A DNA stretch of 51,358 bases from an uncultured Thermotogae bacterium (GTDB lineage: Bacteria; Bipolaricaulota; Bipolaricaulia; UBA7950; UBA9294), in contig CAZXQL010000001.1 in NCBI GenBank assembly GCA_964643395.1, forward strand, positions 1 to 51,358, given 5' to 3'. The position numbers and the translations under genes are program-made. This document shows positions 34,477 through 43,486 of this stretch, piece after piece. Numbering within the stretch: the first letter of the stretch is position 1; every line of letters begins with the position of its first letter. Under the pieces are notes generated by a model that was not told the origin of the DNA, did no database searches, and saw only the letters and a program-made list of their open reading frames with translations.

Positions 34477-35442
34477 TCATCCCTCAGATCGCGCTGATTC
34501 TACATACGCAATGAGAGACGACGCCACCCGGCATGGCGGATCGACATCGAAGATCGGCGCATAGTCGGACATCTCGAACGAGACGATGTCCGCCTTCGCA
34601 TCGGTGCCGAGAAGATGGGCGAGGACGGGCAGGATTTCCCGTTGATCGGAGCGCAACTCCGATTGCGAGATGCTGTGTGCGCCCTCGAGGTCCCGTCGCG
34701 TCAGGGCCAAGTCGAGCGCTACCCTGAGACGTTCGAGGAAATAGGCTGCCAATTCCTGCGTCGAATCCCCCCGATCCGTCGGCCCGTAGACGCGTCCGTA
34801 ATGGACGACGTCCCCGGTGGTGACGATCGCTGTGTCGGAGCTCCATTCGCGGTGCAGATCGCCCGCCAGGCGCGTGGCTCCCTCGAATGAACCGCTCGTC
34901 GGGTGCCGCGTCATGCCGACGTACAGGGGAAGAAGACGCGGAGGGTCGCTTTGGAACACGTCGGCGGCCAGTCGCAGGATCGCGTGGAACGTGTCGAGGG
35001 AAAACTCGCGCTTCAGTAGGTTCTCGCGATCCGCGCGAATCGATGCCGCGGGCGGCGTCGGCTCGATATCCACGTGCCCGAACGGCGTGGTCAGCCGAGT
35101 CGTCTCTACCGCGAAGGCTCCGGAGACGGTAGCGAAAGCTCCCTCTCGTTCTTCGGGCGGCCTGGATTCGTCCAAGGCCGTGACGTACGGAGCCACCCAC
35201 GATCCGTGCATGACGCCCAGTGCGACGGCACGCCTCACACGCGCTCGATACAGCGACGCGACGACGCGCGCCTGGAGCGGACCGCAGAAGTCGATTGCGG
35301 TGTGGGGGAATGACCATACGGTTCGCCGATTCGCAGAACCGGCCGGGCCATCGACCTCGTAGGCGGCTCGAAGCCAGCCCGCGATCTTGTCGCGGGTTCC
35401 TGGGGCACTCAATTCGTTCGTGTAGTAGGACTTCCAGTCCAT
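34477..35442 (-). CDS. Hypothetical protein, weakly MEMO1/AmmeMemoRadiSam-B-like
   Basis: FPHTAIDFCGP..., GVMHGS, TGDVVHYGRVYG loosely resemble the MEMO-family His motifs. ATG at 35442. The family call is weak. Confidence 0.5.
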   Translation of the reverse strand: MDWKSYYTNELSAPGTRDKIAGWLRAAYEVDGPAGSANRRTVWSFPHTAIDFCGPLQARVVASLYRARVRRAVALGVMHGSWVAPYVTALDESRPPEEREGAFATVSGAFAVETTRLTTPFGHVDIEPTPPAASIRADRENLLKREFSLDTFHAILRLAADVFQSDPPRLLPLYVGMTRHPTSGSFEGATRLAGDLHREWSSDTAIVTTGDVVHYGRVYGPTDRGDSTQELAAYFLERLRVALDLALTRRDLEGAHSISQSELRSDQREILPVLAHLLGTDAKADIVSFEMSDYAPIFDVDPPCRVASSLIAYVESARSEG

Positions 35443-35533
35443 GGCCCCTAACGATACGCGATCGCCTCGTCGACGCGCCAGACGGATGCGCAGGAGATGT
35501 GGAAGGGATAGACTGACGCCGAAAGGAGCTCTC

Positions 35534-36940
35534 ATGAAGCCCGTCCGGATTGAAGACCTGTTCGAGTACCGCTTTCTTTCCTCCATCGAGATGTCTCCCG
35601 TGGGAGAGTGGGCGGCGTTCGTGGTCAAGCACACCGATGTGGAGAACAACGCCTACGCGTCCGACATCTATCTCGTTCATCCGGCGCGGGGCGACGTCAC
35701 ACGGTGGACAGCCTCGGGCAAAGACGGACCGTTCGCCTGGGAGGCGGCCGGAGATGCCATTCTGTTCGTATCGGATCGCGCCGACAGTGGCGAAGGCGGC
35801 ACCTTGTACCGGATTCGCGTCGCGGGCGGGGAAGCGACACGCGCCCTGACGCTGCCCCACAAGCCCGAGTCGTTCCGCCCGCTTGCGGACGGCCGCATCC
35901 TGTTCACGGCCCGCGTGCCGTTGGATGACGCTCCCGACCCTCTCCCGGCCGACGCCGCCGACTACGAGGTCCTCGAGGAGATCCCATTCTGGCAGAACGG
36001 CAAAGGGTTCACGAGCCGCAAGCGCGTTCGCCTCTTCCTGTTCGATCCCGCAAGCGAGAGCCTAACGACGCTCACCGAGCCGGAGTTGGAGATCCAATCG
36101 TTCGACTGCCTCGCCGATCGAGTCGCCTACATCGCGCGGCGCTTCCCCGGGAAAGCTGCGCTCACCGACGAGCTATGGCTTCACTCTCTGCCGACTGGGG
36201 AGAGCGAGTGCCTGTCCCGAGACGAGTTGTCGCTTGGTGAGGTTCGATTCCTCGATCGGGACCGCATCCTCGTGCTGGCCTCCGACATGGCGCAGTACGG
36301 CCGCGGCCAGAATCGCGAACTCTACCTGTACGACTTGCCCGGGCGAACGAGCCACACCCTGACGCCGGACTGGGATCGCTCGGTCGGCAATTCGGTGGCT
36401 GCCGATTGCCGCCATGGGGGCGGGCCGATGCTGCGGGTCGATCACGGGGACGCGTATCTCGTCGTCACCGAGGGATCGAAATCCAAGGTCGTTCGAGTGA
36501 CTCCCGACAGAGACGTCACCGTCGTCGCTGAACCGAACGGATCGGTCGACGGATTCGCCGTTGCGGAAGACGGCGTGCTCTGCATCGAATTGCATCCGGA
36601 CGCGCTCCAGGAGCTCTACCTCCACGATGGATCCGGCGTTCGGAGACTGACGTCGCTGAACGAGAACAGCCTAGCCGAGCGCGCGGTGTCGTTGCCTGAG
36701 TCGTTCGCGGTGACTCACGGGAGCACGCACCTGGATGCGTGGCTCATCCGCCCGCACGCGTTCGATCCGAACGCCTCGTACCCAACTATCCTAACGGTCC
36801 ACGGCGGGCCGAGAGGCGCGTACGGGGACGTGTTCTTCCACGAAATGCAGTGCTTGGCTGCAGATGGGTACGCCCTGATCTACACAAACCCGCGTGGCTC
36901 GTCGGGCAAGGGCAACGACTTCGCCGATCTTCGCGGCTAG
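35534..36940 (+). CDS. S9 prolyl-oligopeptidase/acylaminoacyl-peptidase, beta-propeller part, ending at an in-frame TAG
   Basis: AAAGGAG lies before the ATG at 35534. The fragment ends ...TNPRGSSGKGNDFADLRG*, and the reading frame continues into 36968..37486. Confidence 0.8.
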   Translation: MKPVRIEDLFEYRFLSSIEMSPVGEWAAFVVKHTDVENNAYASDIYLVHPARGDVTRWTASGKDGPFAWEAAGDAILFVSDRADSGEGGTLYRIRVAGGEATRALTLPHKPESFRPLADGRILFTARVPLDDAPDPLPADAADYEVLEEIPFWQNGKGFTSRKRVRLFLFDPASESLTTLTEPELEIQSFDCLADRVAYIARRFPGKAALTDELWLHSLPTGESECLSRDELSLGEVRFLDRDRILVLASDMAQYGRGQNRELYLYDLPGRTSHTLTPDWDRSVGNSVAADCRHGGGPMLRVDHGDAYLVVTEGSKSKVVRVTPDRDVTVVAEPNGSVDGFAVAEDGVLCIELHPDALQELYLHDGSGVRRLTSLNENSLAERAVSLPESFAVTHGSTHLDAWLIRPHAFDPNASYPTILTVHGGPRGAYGDVFFHEMQCLAADGYALIYTNPRGSSGKGNDFADLRG

Positions 36941-36967
36941 TACGGTACCATCGACTACGACGACCTG

Positions 36968-37486
36968 ATGCGCGTGCTGGATGCGGCGCTCGAGAAGTAC
37001 CCATTCCTGGACGGCGAACGGCTAGGCATCATGGGAGGCTCCTACGGCGGGTACATGACCAACTGGGCGATCGGTCAGACCAACCGGTTCAAGGCAGCCG
37101 CCTCGCAGCGGTCGATCGCCAACTGGACGAGCAAGTTCAACACCACCGATATCGGCTACTTCTTCAACCAGGACGCCCTGGGCACGACACCGTGGGAAGA
37201 CGGTGGAGCCGACAAGATGTGGTGGCACTCGCCGCTTCGGTACGCGGACCGCGTGACGACGCCCACGTTGTTCATCCATTCGGAGCAGGACTACCGCTGC
37301 TGGCTGGCGGAGGGACTGCAGATGTTCACCGCGTTGCGCTACCACGGTGTAGACGCGCGCTTGGTGATGTTCCGCGGCGAGAATCACGAGCTGTCACGGT
37401 CCGGGAAGCCGACACACCGCGCCCGGCGGCTCCGCGAGATCCTCGATTGGTTCGCTCGCTATCTCAAGGCTCGTGAGGTGGTCTGA
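36968..37486 (+). CDS. S9 peptidase catalytic (alpha/beta-hydrolase) part, same frame as 35534..36940
   Basis: The frame is open from 36941 (YGTIDYDDLMRVLD...). Nucleophile motif GGSYGGY; SEQDYRC (Asp) and GENHEL (His). There is no SD before the ATG at 36968. Confidence 0.75.
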   Translation: MRVLDAALEKYPFLDGERLGIMGGSYGGYMTNWAIGQTNRFKAAASQRSIANWTSKFNTTDIGYFFNQDALGTTPWEDGGADKMWWHSPLRYADRVTTPTLFIHSEQDYRCWLAEGLQMFTALRYHGVDARLVMFRGENHELSRSGKPTHRARRLREILDWFARYLKAREVV

Positions 37487-38517
37487 TGCAGCTTTCCGGT
37501 ATTCCACGTCTCCGATTGGGGGAGTTCCCGACGCCGCTTCAGGAGTTGAAGAACCTGGGGCGGACACTCGGAGGCCCGCGCATCTTCGTGAAGAGGGACG
37601 ATCAGACGAGTCTCGGGCTGGGCGGCAACAAACTGCGCAAGCTCGAGTACGCGCTGGCGGAGGCGGCCGGCCAAGGCGCCACAGCCGTCATCACCGTCGG
37701 CGGCCCTCAATCCAATCACGTTCGGCTGACCGTGGCCGCCTGCAACAAGCTCGGGATGAAGAGCATCCTCATCATCCGGGGACGTCCTGCGGAGAGGCCG
37801 TCGGGCAACCTGCTCATCGATCGCATCCTCGGGCCGTCGGAGATCCATTTCGTCGGCGCCGATGGGTTCCCGTCCAAGGGAGATCTCGACCGCATTGCCG
37901 ACGATAGGGCCGAGGAGATCGCCGCAAGGCTGCGCTCGGAGGGAGAGGTTCCCTACTTCATCCCCAACGGCTGCCGCGCCCTCCACGGCGCACTGGGCTA
38001 CGCCGAGTGCGTCTTGGAGATGGTGGGGCAGTTCCGAGATCGCCAGCTGGCGCCGACTGCCGTGTTCACGGCCATCGGGACGTCGAGCACGTTCACCGGG
38101 CTGGTTCTGGGCGCCCACCTGTATACCCAAGGGCAGCTTCGGGTCGTCGGAATCAGCGTCGCCAATCCGGCGGACGTCGTCCGGGAACGCGTCCTGGGGC
38201 ATCTCGAGCAGGTCGTGGAGACACTCGGTCTGCCGACGCACATTCGCGAGGAAGCCGTTGTGGTCCACGACCGGTACGTCGGTGACGGATACGGGGTTCC
38301 CACCGAGGCGATGAAGGAGGCCGTTCTGTTGACGGCCCGAACCGAGGGCGTCCTGCTGGATCCCGTCTACACTGGCAAGGCGATGTCGGGACTGATCGAC
38401 CGTGTCCGCGCGGGCGACTACTCGAACGACGACGTCGTGGTGTTGTTGCACACGGGCGGTATCCCGGGGCTGTTCGCGGACGAGCAGAGCAGCACGTTCC
38501 TCGACGGCAACACGTAA
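37486..38517 (+). CDS. PLP-dependent D-cysteine desulfhydrase / ACC-deaminase family protein
   Basis: FPTPLQEL..., KRDDQTSLGLGGNKLRKLEY, GGPQSNH. The ATG overlaps the upstream TGA by 1 nt. Confidence 0.85.
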   Translation: MQLSGIPRLRLGEFPTPLQELKNLGRTLGGPRIFVKRDDQTSLGLGGNKLRKLEYALAEAAGQGATAVITVGGPQSNHVRLTVAACNKLGMKSILIIRGRPAERPSGNLLIDRILGPSEIHFVGADGFPSKGDLDRIADDRAEEIAARLRSEGEVPYFIPNGCRALHGALGYAECVLEMVGQFRDRQLAPTAVFTAIGTSSTFTGLVLGAHLYTQGQLRVVGISVANPADVVRERVLGHLEQVVETLGLPTHIREEAVVVHDRYVGDGYGVPTEAMKEAVLLTARTEGVLLDPVYTGKAMSGLIDRVRAGDYSNDDVVVLLHTGGIPGLFADEQSSTFLDGNT

Positions 38518-38531
38518 GGAGGGCCGTCGGC

Positions 38532-39008
38532 GTGGGCGTTCGCATTCGGCAACTGGGAGTCGACGACGACGCACTCGCCGTGGAAGTCGTCCGCCTCGTC
38601 AAGGCCTCCGGGAACCCGCCTCTTGATCGCTCCGAGATGCGACGATGGTTGTCCGATTCGTCCCACATCCTGATTGCGGCAACGGTCGACGGGTCACCGG
38701 TGGGATTTGCGCTCGGGTACATGTTGGCTCGCGTGGACACGGCGCGTCCGATGCTTTTCTTCTACGAAATCGAGGTGTCCGCTTCACATCGCCGGCACGG
38801 GATCGGTCGTGGGATGGTCGAAGCCATGAAGGCCGTCGCCCGTGAGCGGAACGTCCTGAAGATGTGGGTGCAGACAAGTCCGGACAACGAAGCCGCGCGG
38901 GCGCTGTACCGCAGTGCGGGAGCATGCGAGTCGGCTGGATGCGACCTGCTCTACGTGTGGACAGATCCGGCCGGTGCGGGGGGCGAACGTCCTTCGGATG
39001 GGTCGTGA
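38532..39008 (+). CDS. GNAT N-acetyltransferase (AAC(3)-I-like layout)
   Basis: FFYEIEVSASHRRHGIGRGMVEAMK...MWVQTSPDNEAARALYRSAG. GTG start with GGAGGG 8 nt upstream. Confidence 0.75.
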   Translation: MGVRIRQLGVDDDALAVEVVRLVKASGNPPLDRSEMRRWLSDSSHILIAATVDGSPVGFALGYMLARVDTARPMLFFYEIEVSASHRRHGIGRGMVEAMKAVARERNVLKMWVQTSPDNEAARALYRSAGACESAGCDLLYVWTDPAGAGGERPSDGS

Positions 39009-39023
39009 TTTCGAAAAGATGGA

Positions 39024-39045
39024 GGGAGAAGCCGTAGCTTCTCCC
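39024..39045. terminator. Hairpin after the GNAT gene
   Basis: GGGAGAAGC-CGTA-GCTTCTCCC, a 9-bp stem with no T-tract. Confidence 0.35.
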
Positions 39046-39262
39046 CGCATCGTGCACCGGGTGGTGCTAGCTGTCTGTACGATGATGATGCCATATGTCC
39101 ACTCGCTCCAGCTGAGCAAGCGGCCGATCGCAGGATGACGCCGGGCACATCGTGCGAGGTCACGCGTCCGCATGCGGCTCAGAGCGCCCTCACGAACGTT
39201 CGCCCGCTAATGACTGGCAGGCCCGTGTTCTCGACAGTTCCGCGATGCGGCGCTGTCGCCGA

Positions 39263-40621
39263 TCATCCGCCGTTCAGGAACGCGTGCATGGCGGCGGCCG
39301 CTCGCTTTCCGGCTCCCATCGCCTCGATCACGGTGGCCGCGCCCGTCACGATGTCCCCGCCGGCATACACACCGCGGATGCTGGTCAGCCCCGTTTCAGG
39401 GTCAGCCACGATGCTGCCCCATCGGTTCAGATCGAGGTGCGGCGTGCTCTGCGGGATCAGCGGATGCGGACCGTTCCCGACAGCGATCACCACGGTGGTC
39501 GCTTCGATCTCGAACTCGGACCCCTCGATGGGGACGGGACGGCGGCGTCCGGATTCGTCGGGCTCTCCAAGCTCCATCCGAATGCAGCGGATTCCCCGCA
39601 GGTCGCCATCCTCGCCCAAGAACTCGATCGGGTTCGCGAGAAGGTTGAACTGGATCCCTTCCTGCTTGGCGTGATGGACTTCTTCGGCTCGCGCCGGCAG
39701 TTCGGCTTCGGAACGCCGGTAGACGATGACGGACTCCTCCGCCCCCAGACGAAGCGCCGTCCGCGACGCATCCATCGCGACGTTGCCTCCCCCGACCGTG
39801 ACGACCCGGCGACCGATTTTGATCGGGGTATCGTATTCGGGAAAACGGTACGCCTTCATGAGGTTCGTGCGTGTGAGAAACTCGTTGGCGGAGAATACGC
39901 CGTTCAGGTTCTCACCGGGGACGCCGAGGAAGTGCGGCAGACCGGCTCCGGTCCCGATGAACACGGCGTCATAGCCGCTCTCCAGCAGTCCCTGAACGGT
40001 CTGCGTACGGCCGATGACCTGATTGACTTCCATGTCGACGCCCATGTCGCAGAGAGCGCGGATCTCGCGCTGCACGATCGCCTTGGGAAGCCGGAATTCC
40101 GGGATCCCGTACATCAAGACGCCGCCGGCCACGTGAAGCAGCTCGAAGACCGTCACCGCATGGCCGCGACGTCGCATTTCTCCGGCCACCGTCAGTCCGG
40201 CCGGCCCGGCTCCGATGACGGCGATCCGCTTGCCTGTGTCGGGCTGGACCTCGACGCGACATGCCTCATTGTCGGCTTCCCAGTCGGCGCAGAAGCGCTC
40301 CAACCGCCCGATCGCCACGGGTTCGAAGCGGTTGGCCAACGTGCAAACGCCTTGGCACTGATTCTCCTGCGGGCAGACACGACCGCAGACGGCGGGCAGA
40401 GCGTTGTCTTCCTTGATCACAGCGATCGCGTCCCCGAATTGGCGGTTCTTGATGTGCTGAATGAAGCCGGGGATGTCGATGCCCACCGGGCATCCCTTGA
40501 CGCACGGCGCGTGCACGCATTGGAGGCAGCGCTCGGCCTCCTGCACCGCTTCGTCGGGCGTGTAGCCGAGGGGCACCTCGTCGAAGTTGTGGATCCGCTC
40601 GGAGGAGGGCTGTTCTCGCAT
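39263..40621 (-). CDS. nfnB: NfnB / GltD-like NADPH-dependent oxidoreductase (2x[4Fe-4S] plus FAD/NADPH)
   Basis: CLQCVHAPCVKGCPV...VCGRVCPQENQCQGVC, VIGAGPAGL, GGGNVAMD, YAGGDIVTG. Confidence 0.85.
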   Translation of the reverse strand: MREQPSSERIHNFDEVPLGYTPDEAVQEAERCLQCVHAPCVKGCPVGIDIPGFIQHIKNRQFGDAIAVIKEDNALPAVCGRVCPQENQCQGVCTLANRFEPVAIGRLERFCADWEADNEACRVEVQPDTGKRIAVIGAGPAGLTVAGEMRRRGHAVTVFELLHVAGGVLMYGIPEFRLPKAIVQREIRALCDMGVDMEVNQVIGRTQTVQGLLESGYDAVFIGTGAGLPHFLGVPGENLNGVFSANEFLTRTNLMKAYRFPEYDTPIKIGRRVVTVGGGNVAMDASRTALRLGAEESVIVYRRSEAELPARAEEVHHAKQEGIQFNLLANPIEFLGEDGDLRGIRCIRMELGEPDESGRRRPVPIEGSEFEIEATTVVIAVGNGPHPLIPQSTPHLDLNRWGSIVADPETGLTSIRGVYAGGDIVTGAATVIEAMGAGKRAAAAMHAFLNGG

Positions 40622-40641
40622 CGGGGTCTGCGTTTCCTGGA

Positions 40642-41490
40642 TCACGACTTCCCCCCTTCGGCGTGTTTGGACATGTATTGATCCATGGCGCAGGCTTCCT
40701 CCTCGTGGTAGTACCGCTGCCTCGACATCAGAAGGTCGAAGTCGACCTTGTGCCCATCGAACTCCGGGCCGTCCACGCAAGCGAACTTGGCGACGCCGCC
40801 TACGTTGACCCGGCAGCCGCCGCACATGCCTGTCCCATCGATCATGACAGAGTTCAGGCTGACGATCGTCGGCACAGCATACGGTCGCGTGACGTTTGCA
40901 CACACCTTCATCATGATCGCGGGGCCGATCGCCCACACCCGGGCAATCGCACGTTCGGATTCGAGGATCTCCTTCAACGGATCCGACACGAACCCTTTTC
41001 GACCGACCGATCCATCATCGCTCATCACGATCAGTTCGTCGCAGACGGAGGCCATCCGATCCTCGTAGAACAGCAGTTCCTTGTTGCGGGCGCCGATGAT
41101 GCCGATGAGCTCGTTGCCCGCGAGCTTGAGGTCACGGGCGATCGGATATAGAGGCGCAATGCCGAGCCCCCCGCCGATGCAAATGACGGTTCCATACATC
41201 TCGATCTCGGTCGCAGTGCCGAGCGGCCCGGCGAAATCGAGGATGGTGTCTCCCTCGCCGAATCGATCTCCCATCTCCCGTGTGCTCTTGCCGACTTCCT
41301 GAACCACCAGGGTCACGCCGCCTGTCTCGGGATTGCACTCCACGATGGTCAACGGAATCCGCTCTCCGCGCTCATGCAGCCTCAGGACGATGAATTGCCC
41401 TGCTTTGGCCACACGAGCGACATCGGGAGCTTCAACGACGTATTCGCGGATGCCGGGTCCGAGCGTTCGTTTGCTGAGAATCTTGTACAC
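40642..41490 (-). CDS. nfnA: NfnA / sulfide-dehydrogenase-like FAD/NAD-binding [2Fe-2S] subunit
   Basis: GQFIVLRL...RIPLTI, ICIGGGLGIAP, GTGMCGGCRV...FACVDGPEF. GTG at 41490 with AGGAGG 10 nt upstream. Confidence 0.82.
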   Translation of the reverse strand: MYKILSKRTLGPGIREYVVEAPDVARVAKAGQFIVLRLHERGERIPLTIVECNPETGGVTLVVQEVGKSTREMGDRFGEGDTILDFAGPLGTATEIEMYGTVICIGGGLGIAPLYPIARDLKLAGNELIGIIGARNKELLFYEDRMASVCDELIVMSDDGSVGRKGFVSDPLKEILESERAIARVWAIGPAIMMKVCANVTRPYAVPTIVSLNSVMIDGTGMCGGCRVNVGGVAKFACVDGPEFDGHKVDFDLLMSRQRYYHEEEACAMDQYMSKHAEGGKS

Positions 41491-41612
41491 GCTGGTCGCG
41501 CCTCCTGATTGGACAGATCGGCCTGCAAGAACGGGCCGGCGCCACATTATCCGTTACGGTGCGAAGGCTCTCAACTTCGAGGAGCGCGACGTGTCGCGTA
41601 CAATGGCATCCC

Positions 41613-42284
41613 ATGACACAACGCTACTACATCGAATCCGACGGCAGGATTTTCCTGGTTCGTAGGGACGGCGAACTTGACTTGCCGACGCGGGATGAAA
41701 TCCCGTTCCGCTTCGACGAGATCGCTCCGTTGGCGGCGACTGATGTGGTCTACTGCGTTCCGTTTCTCGAGAAACATCCCGCCGAGTGGCTCAGCAAGGA
41801 CGCCGCTCCGACGGATCCACACGTGACCGATCTGGTCCGCGAGTCGGTCCACGCCACCATGCCGCGCATCGTCACCGAGGGCGTGTTCCTGCAGGGGGAT
41901 CGGCTGCTCGTGCTGAAGGGAAGCCGCGGGCTGACCAAGGATCGCTGGACGCTTCCCGGCGGCTTCGTTCGATTCGGCGAGGGACCGGCCGACGGGCTGT
42001 TGCGCGAGATCACGGAGGAACTGGGCGTCACAGGAGAGATTCTCTCCCTGCTGGCCGTTCGCTCCAAGTTGGGGGAGCATACGCGACTGCACTGGACGCA
42101 GTTCTTCTATCGGGTTGCGCTTCGGGGCGAGCTCTCGCCGAATCCGGACGAGATCGCCGAGGTTCGGTTCGTCGACCCCCGGCAGGCCATGAAGCTTCTG
42201 AAGGACCCCATCATGACCGAAGTCATCGAGTCGCTGCTCGAACCAACGACGCCTACAACAGATCCATCTGAATCGACAGCTTGA
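41613..42284 (+). CDS. NUDIX hydrolase with an N-terminal extension
   Basis: Nudix box GGFVRFGEGPADGLLREITEELGV. TACAAT lies 8 nt before the ATG at 41613. Confidence 0.8.
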   Translation: MTQRYYIESDGRIFLVRRDGELDLPTRDEIPFRFDEIAPLAATDVVYCVPFLEKHPAEWLSKDAAPTDPHVTDLVRESVHATMPRIVTEGVFLQGDRLLVLKGSRGLTKDRWTLPGGFVRFGEGPADGLLREITEELGVTGEILSLLAVRSKLGEHTRLHWTQFFYRVALRGELSPNPDEIAEVRFVDPRQAMKLLKDPIMTEVIESLLEPTTPTTDPSESTA

Positions 42285-43365
42285 AGTCCGTGTTCCATTC
42301 CAGGTAGTACGGCCTGAATTCGAGGTACAGGCTCGCGACGACGCTGGCCGTGTCCACGGGGGTCAGTTGGAGGTTGACCGTCATCTGATGGGTGTCGGTG
42401 GGTTGTCCGCCCCACGTTTCACGCGAGAAGTCATAGGTCGCATCGATCGATACGAGATCCGAAAGGTAATAATCATACGATCCGGTGAAGTCGATTCGAT
42501 TCGTCGTCAGGAAGTCGGGAGGGCCGGAGAAGGAGCCCTGCAACAACAATTGAGCCTTCGGCGTCGATGCAAGAGCGTAGTTGAAGGCTCCGGAGAACAA
42601 AAGGTCGTTCTCCCCGCCTGACGGGTCGAGCAGCTCGTAGCCCAGCCCGAACTTCACGTCCCACCCGCAGTACCGGGAGAATCCCTCCTTTTGGATGAGG
42701 CGCGTGATCTCGGAAATGTCCAGCGCGTCCAGCCCGCCCAGCTTGACCATCCCTGAGTTTTCGATGACTTCCTGGATGACGGCGAGCAATTCCGAGACGG
42801 ATTCGTACGATCCGGCACTACCGATCTCGACCGCGAGGATTTGCAGATCGACCGCATGAAGATGGTCGGTGAGCGAACCACGATTGACGAGGTAATCATC
42901 GATGCGGGTTGCCTTGGCCATCGGGGTGACGTCGGTGAACCGCCCCGTCCCCAGACCCAAATCGAACGACAACCCCAGTTTCTGGAACGAGGATGAGCTG
43001 CGCAGCCGACCGCCGGCGTACGCAAAGACGTCCTCCTCGCTCGAGAAGTACCGCTTGTAGTTGCCGTCGGCGTCGATCGTGTAGGTCGACACGTCTTCCG
43101 CGGATACGGTCATGTTGTTCGTGAAGGACAGGTCGAATCCGTATTCCGGGATGTCGAACAGACGCACGTAGTTGACGCCGAACTGCCCCTGACTCGCGTC
43201 GCGCGCCTCGATTCCGTAGGGGTCGTTGTGGTATTCGTACGAGAAATTCAACGTCAGATTGGAAATGTCCGTCTTCGGAGATCGATACTCGCACAAGGGG
43301 ATGGCCGTCGCGGTCCACGTGACCGCACACGCGACCAATACAGCAAGGACGAACCACCGTCGCAT
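42253..43365 (-). CDS. Secreted hypothetical protein, paralog of 24243..25364
   Basis: Signal peptide MRRWFVLAVLVACAVTWTATA/IP. It shares the motifs LCEY, GTGRFTDVTPMAKATRI and RYCGWDV. GGAGAGGTGA lies before the ATG at 43365. Confidence 0.7.
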   Translation of the reverse strand: MRRWFVLAVLVACAVTWTATAIPLCEYRSPKTDISNLTLNFSYEYHNDPYGIEARDASQGQFGVNYVRLFDIPEYGFDLSFTNNMTVSAEDVSTYTIDADGNYKRYFSSEEDVFAYAGGRLRSSSSFQKLGLSFDLGLGTGRFTDVTPMAKATRIDDYLVNRGSLTDHLHAVDLQILAVEIGSAGSYESVSELLAVIQEVIENSGMVKLGGLDALDISEITRLIQKEGFSRYCGWDVKFGLGYELLDPSGGENDLLFSGAFNYALASTPKAQLLLQGSFSGPPDFLTTNRIDFTGSYDYYLSDLVSIDATYDFSRETWGGQPTDTHQMTVNLQLTPVDTASVVASLYLEFRPYYLEWNTDFKLSIQMDLL

Positions 43366-43486
43366 CAAGATCACCTCTCCCACACCCTACGCGAGCGCGT
43401 GCGCGCGGCAATCGAATCGAACACGCTTGCGGGTGAGAGTTGTCCGGCTTCGGCAAGACGCAGTCCACATGCAGGAACCATGTTCT

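Noticed and set aside
39046-39262. 217-nt gap between the GNAT and nfnB 3' ends. It could hold an sRNA or a 39-codon ORF (MEGEAVASPRIVHRVVLAVCTMMMPYVHSLQLSKRPIAG).
   Set aside because: The small ORF has no SD and includes the terminator hairpin. I see no promoter-plus-terminator pair delimiting an sRNA. Only short palindromes are present (CCGCATGCGG, CGGCG-CTGT-CGCCG). The evidence is insufficient.
41585-41598. Inverted repeat CGCGAC-GT-GTCGCG just upstream of the NUDIX -10 box.
   Set aside because: It has only 6-bp arms in GC-rich sequence, and no second copy occurs in the window.
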